From Antedon mediterranea (Eukaryota > Animalia > Echinodermata), in the NCBI RefSeq assembly GCF_964355755.1, contig NC_092675.1, positions 26,632,912 to 26,696,911 on the forward strand: a DNA stretch of 64,000 nt, in the 5' to 3' direction. Every line of letters starts with the position of its first letter. Within the stretch, counting starts at the first letter, position 1. The translations under genes and the position numbers were made by a program. The notes beneath the pieces are model-generated. The model did no database searches and was not told the DNA's origin. It saw only the letters and a list, made by a program, of their open reading frames with translations. Positions 61,323 through 64,000 of the stretch are shown here, one piece after another.

Positions 61323-63095
61323 ATGGCTGGAAAATCCAGTAAAACTTCTAAAATATGTACCTACGAAAGACCTGACGACTTACCTTACAAAATACCCGAA
61401 TGGAGTAGGGAAAACTTTAGAAATTATACATTTCCAACTAAAGAAATTCCAAGACTTGATGTTGCAGATCCTGAAGTCCAGAAACTGATTTTGTCAGAGG
61501 TAAGAAACAAATAAAATTGCTCTTCTTTAAGCCTAGATCTATATATGTGTTATGCGCGATTTGAACGATTTGCGCAATTTGAAATTGCGCAAAAAAATCC
61601 TTGCGCAATTTGAAATTGCGCAAAGAATTCTTGCGCAATTTAAAATTGCGCAAGGATTTTTTTGCGCAATTTCAAATTGCGCAATCAACTTGCGCAATTT
61701 CAAATTGCGCAAGAAAATCTTTGCGCAATTTTAAATTGCGCAGCACAATTTGTAAATTGCGCAAGATAGTTCTTGCGCAATATGACACCTTTGCGCAATT
61801 TGAAAACGAACTGTAAATTTTCCCATACAGTACATGGCTAGGCTAGGCCTAGGCAGAGGAGTTTAAAATTTAGTATTTTATTATATAAATAAGACCATTT
61901 CAATGAAGATAATGTTTAATACTCACTTTTTAAGTTTTTAATATTAGTTTAAGCTAGGCCATGTAACCTAGTCAGTATCAGTAGTCCAGACCCTAGCTAG
62001 GCTAGAGTAGTATAGCCGGCCGCCCGTGCCGCGCCCGCCTGGTGGAACACCACCGCTTCGTTTTCCTTCGTCGGTTCTTCGACGGTATGCTAACTTATAA
62101 CAATATTTGCACTACTAAAATAAGGAAATGCGATATTTATCTTTAATTTTGAATCATTCTTAGAAATTACTATAAAAATATGGATGTGCATGATTTCACA
62201 ATCTGTCGGAAAACCTTGCGCAATTTGCAGATTACTTGCGCAATTTAATACGTTGCTTGCGCAATTTGAAACACATGTTTCAATTCAAATTGCGCAAGGA
62301 TTTTTTTTGCGCAATTTCAAATTGCGCAAATCGTTCAAATCGCGCATGACATATGTATATATAGGAATCACACAAGTTGTACTACTAGGTATATTAAATA
62401 AATACAAAAACAAATTGTTATAATTACAATGCAACCGCTTGTACGCTGTGAGTTTTAAAGAGGACTGCAAGTGCCTCCAGAGCTGGGCGCTAGAATGTTA
62501 TGCGCAATTTTAAATTACGCAAGAACATTTTGCACAATTGGATTTCCTTGCTCTTTTAAATTGCAATGAGTCAGAGCATACGTGTGTCACATTCAGGCCT
62601 GCTTACGGTAGTGATGTCATTATTTGCATCGATTAAACTTGACTTTTATTGTTTGTCGTGATCACGACATCACTTGATTGACTATTTTCATCGAAGACAA
62701 TATAAAATAAACAATTTTCTACTTTATTTTGTTTTCTGTAAAAATATATTTGTCTATCGTTCATTATTAACACTACTTTGATTCTTGTTGTTAACTGCAT
62801 CATTGTAACTGGTACGTATCTTTTTAACTGCATCTTTTTATTTGTTTTTTTAGCAACCAGTTGTCGTAAAAAACACAAAACTTGTAAACTCCGCTTTAAA
62901 ATGGACTTTAGAATATCTTGAAGAAAATATTGGATCACAGAAATTTGCGGTTTATTCGTCGCCAGACCACAAGTTCATGTACTTTGATGAGAAAAAATCG
63001 ACAGAAACAAATTTCCAACCACACACAAAATGTCATCGAATGCTTTTTACAGAGTTTGTTGAAACATTACAGAATGCAAATGTTGAGAAAAGAAG
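61323..63095 (+). CDS. HIF1AN: Hypoxia-inducible factor 1-alpha inhibitor (FIH, JmjC Asn hydroxylase), first two exons; continues beyond window
   Basis: Exon 61323-61499 (..FRNYTFPTKEIPRL..DPEVQKLILSE) and exon 62854-63095 (QPVVVKNTKLVNSALKWTLEYLEENIG..VYSSPDHKFMYFDEKK..FTEFVETLQ) match the FIH N-terminus I recall ([48 protein letters not shown]). Confidence 0.92.
61540..62363. mobile_element. Foldback-type element with TTGCGCAA-repeat arms, in HIF1AN intron 1
   Basis: A terminal inverted repeat of ~75 bp (TGTTATGCGCGATTTGAACGATTTGCGCAATTTGAAATTGCGC..) has subterminal TTGCGCAA arrays at 61570-61800 and 62216-62330. A further partial arm is at ~62497-62560. Confidence 0.8.
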
Positions 63096-63755
63096 GTATA
63101 ACAGTTTGCGTTTTGTATACAGTACCCTTCAGTTTACCCTTCCTAGCAAAACTCTAGAGTTTATTCGCACCTGTATGTCAACACCTGAATTTCGTATAGT
63201 GTGATTCCTGGTGCATATAAACTCCACAATAGGTGACTTTTCGCAACCAATTTGCTAGACAATCATTTGAGATTCTATCAAATAATGTTGTGACATTTTT
63301 AGCTCTTGCTTTAATTAAAAATTGGGGAGAAGTTTTAAATAATGATTTTTACTTGGCCTAAACTTACAATGATATTTACTGTACATGGATGAATATTTTG
63401 GGGTGAGTGAGAGTTATATGAGACTGGACTATCATGTGTGAAGCATGGGTTTAAGTCGTTATAAAGAGTTGAGGGGATGATCATCTCTGTGTAGGCGCTG
63501 CACTGCTTGTGGCCATGAGTCCATATAGGTTGCCTAATCCAAATTTCCTCAGTTTCCAGTAAAAGCTTACAGTCAGGATGATTATAATTACATTTTACAT
63601 TTAGTAATTAATGTATTCACCGTGATCATCATTTGTAAATATGATGTCATCCTTGTTGAATGAATCATCATTTTGATATTCCCAGCTTCAACAATCAACT
63701 TATATACTAATTACTATTATACATTTTTAGATGAAAACATGAATAATGGTTTTAA

Positions 63756-63920
<165 letters not shown>

Positions 63921-64000
63921 TAGTTTAATCATGGAGGTATAAAATAGATACCTCCATGGTTTAATCTTGTATTAAATTCAATTGAGGTTATAGGCCCTAC

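Noticed and set aside
61438-62470. ORFs with LRNFKLRK repeats
   Set aside because: Translations of the TTGCGCAA foldback arms in a HIF1AN intron.

Overview
This is AT-rich, intron-containing animal DNA, plausibly from an invertebrate deuterostome (inferred from SINE type and gene structure, not proven). The left ~27 kb is a fast-evolving accessory region. It holds two tandem, previously unannotated small membrane-protein genes on the minus strand with a ninjurin-like helix layout, then a 4-copy tandem array of RING-less B-box/coiled-coil/filamin/NHL (TRIM2/3-like) genes. One array copy is intact and three are disrupted, and the copies are mosaic and hypervariable in the propeller loops. Their introns carry a 5S-rRNA-headed SINE, a self-nested hAT element and Harbinger-type MITEs. 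The right ~37 kb is housekeeping. SEC24A/B-like (21 coding exons, minus strand) sits head-to-head with SAR1 (plus strand), so two COPII subunits share one ~0.7 kb promoter region. POLB (minus) sits head-to-head with HIF1AN/FIH (plus, runs off the window). All exon models were read by eye from GT-AG sites and checked for frame continuity; no database searches were run.
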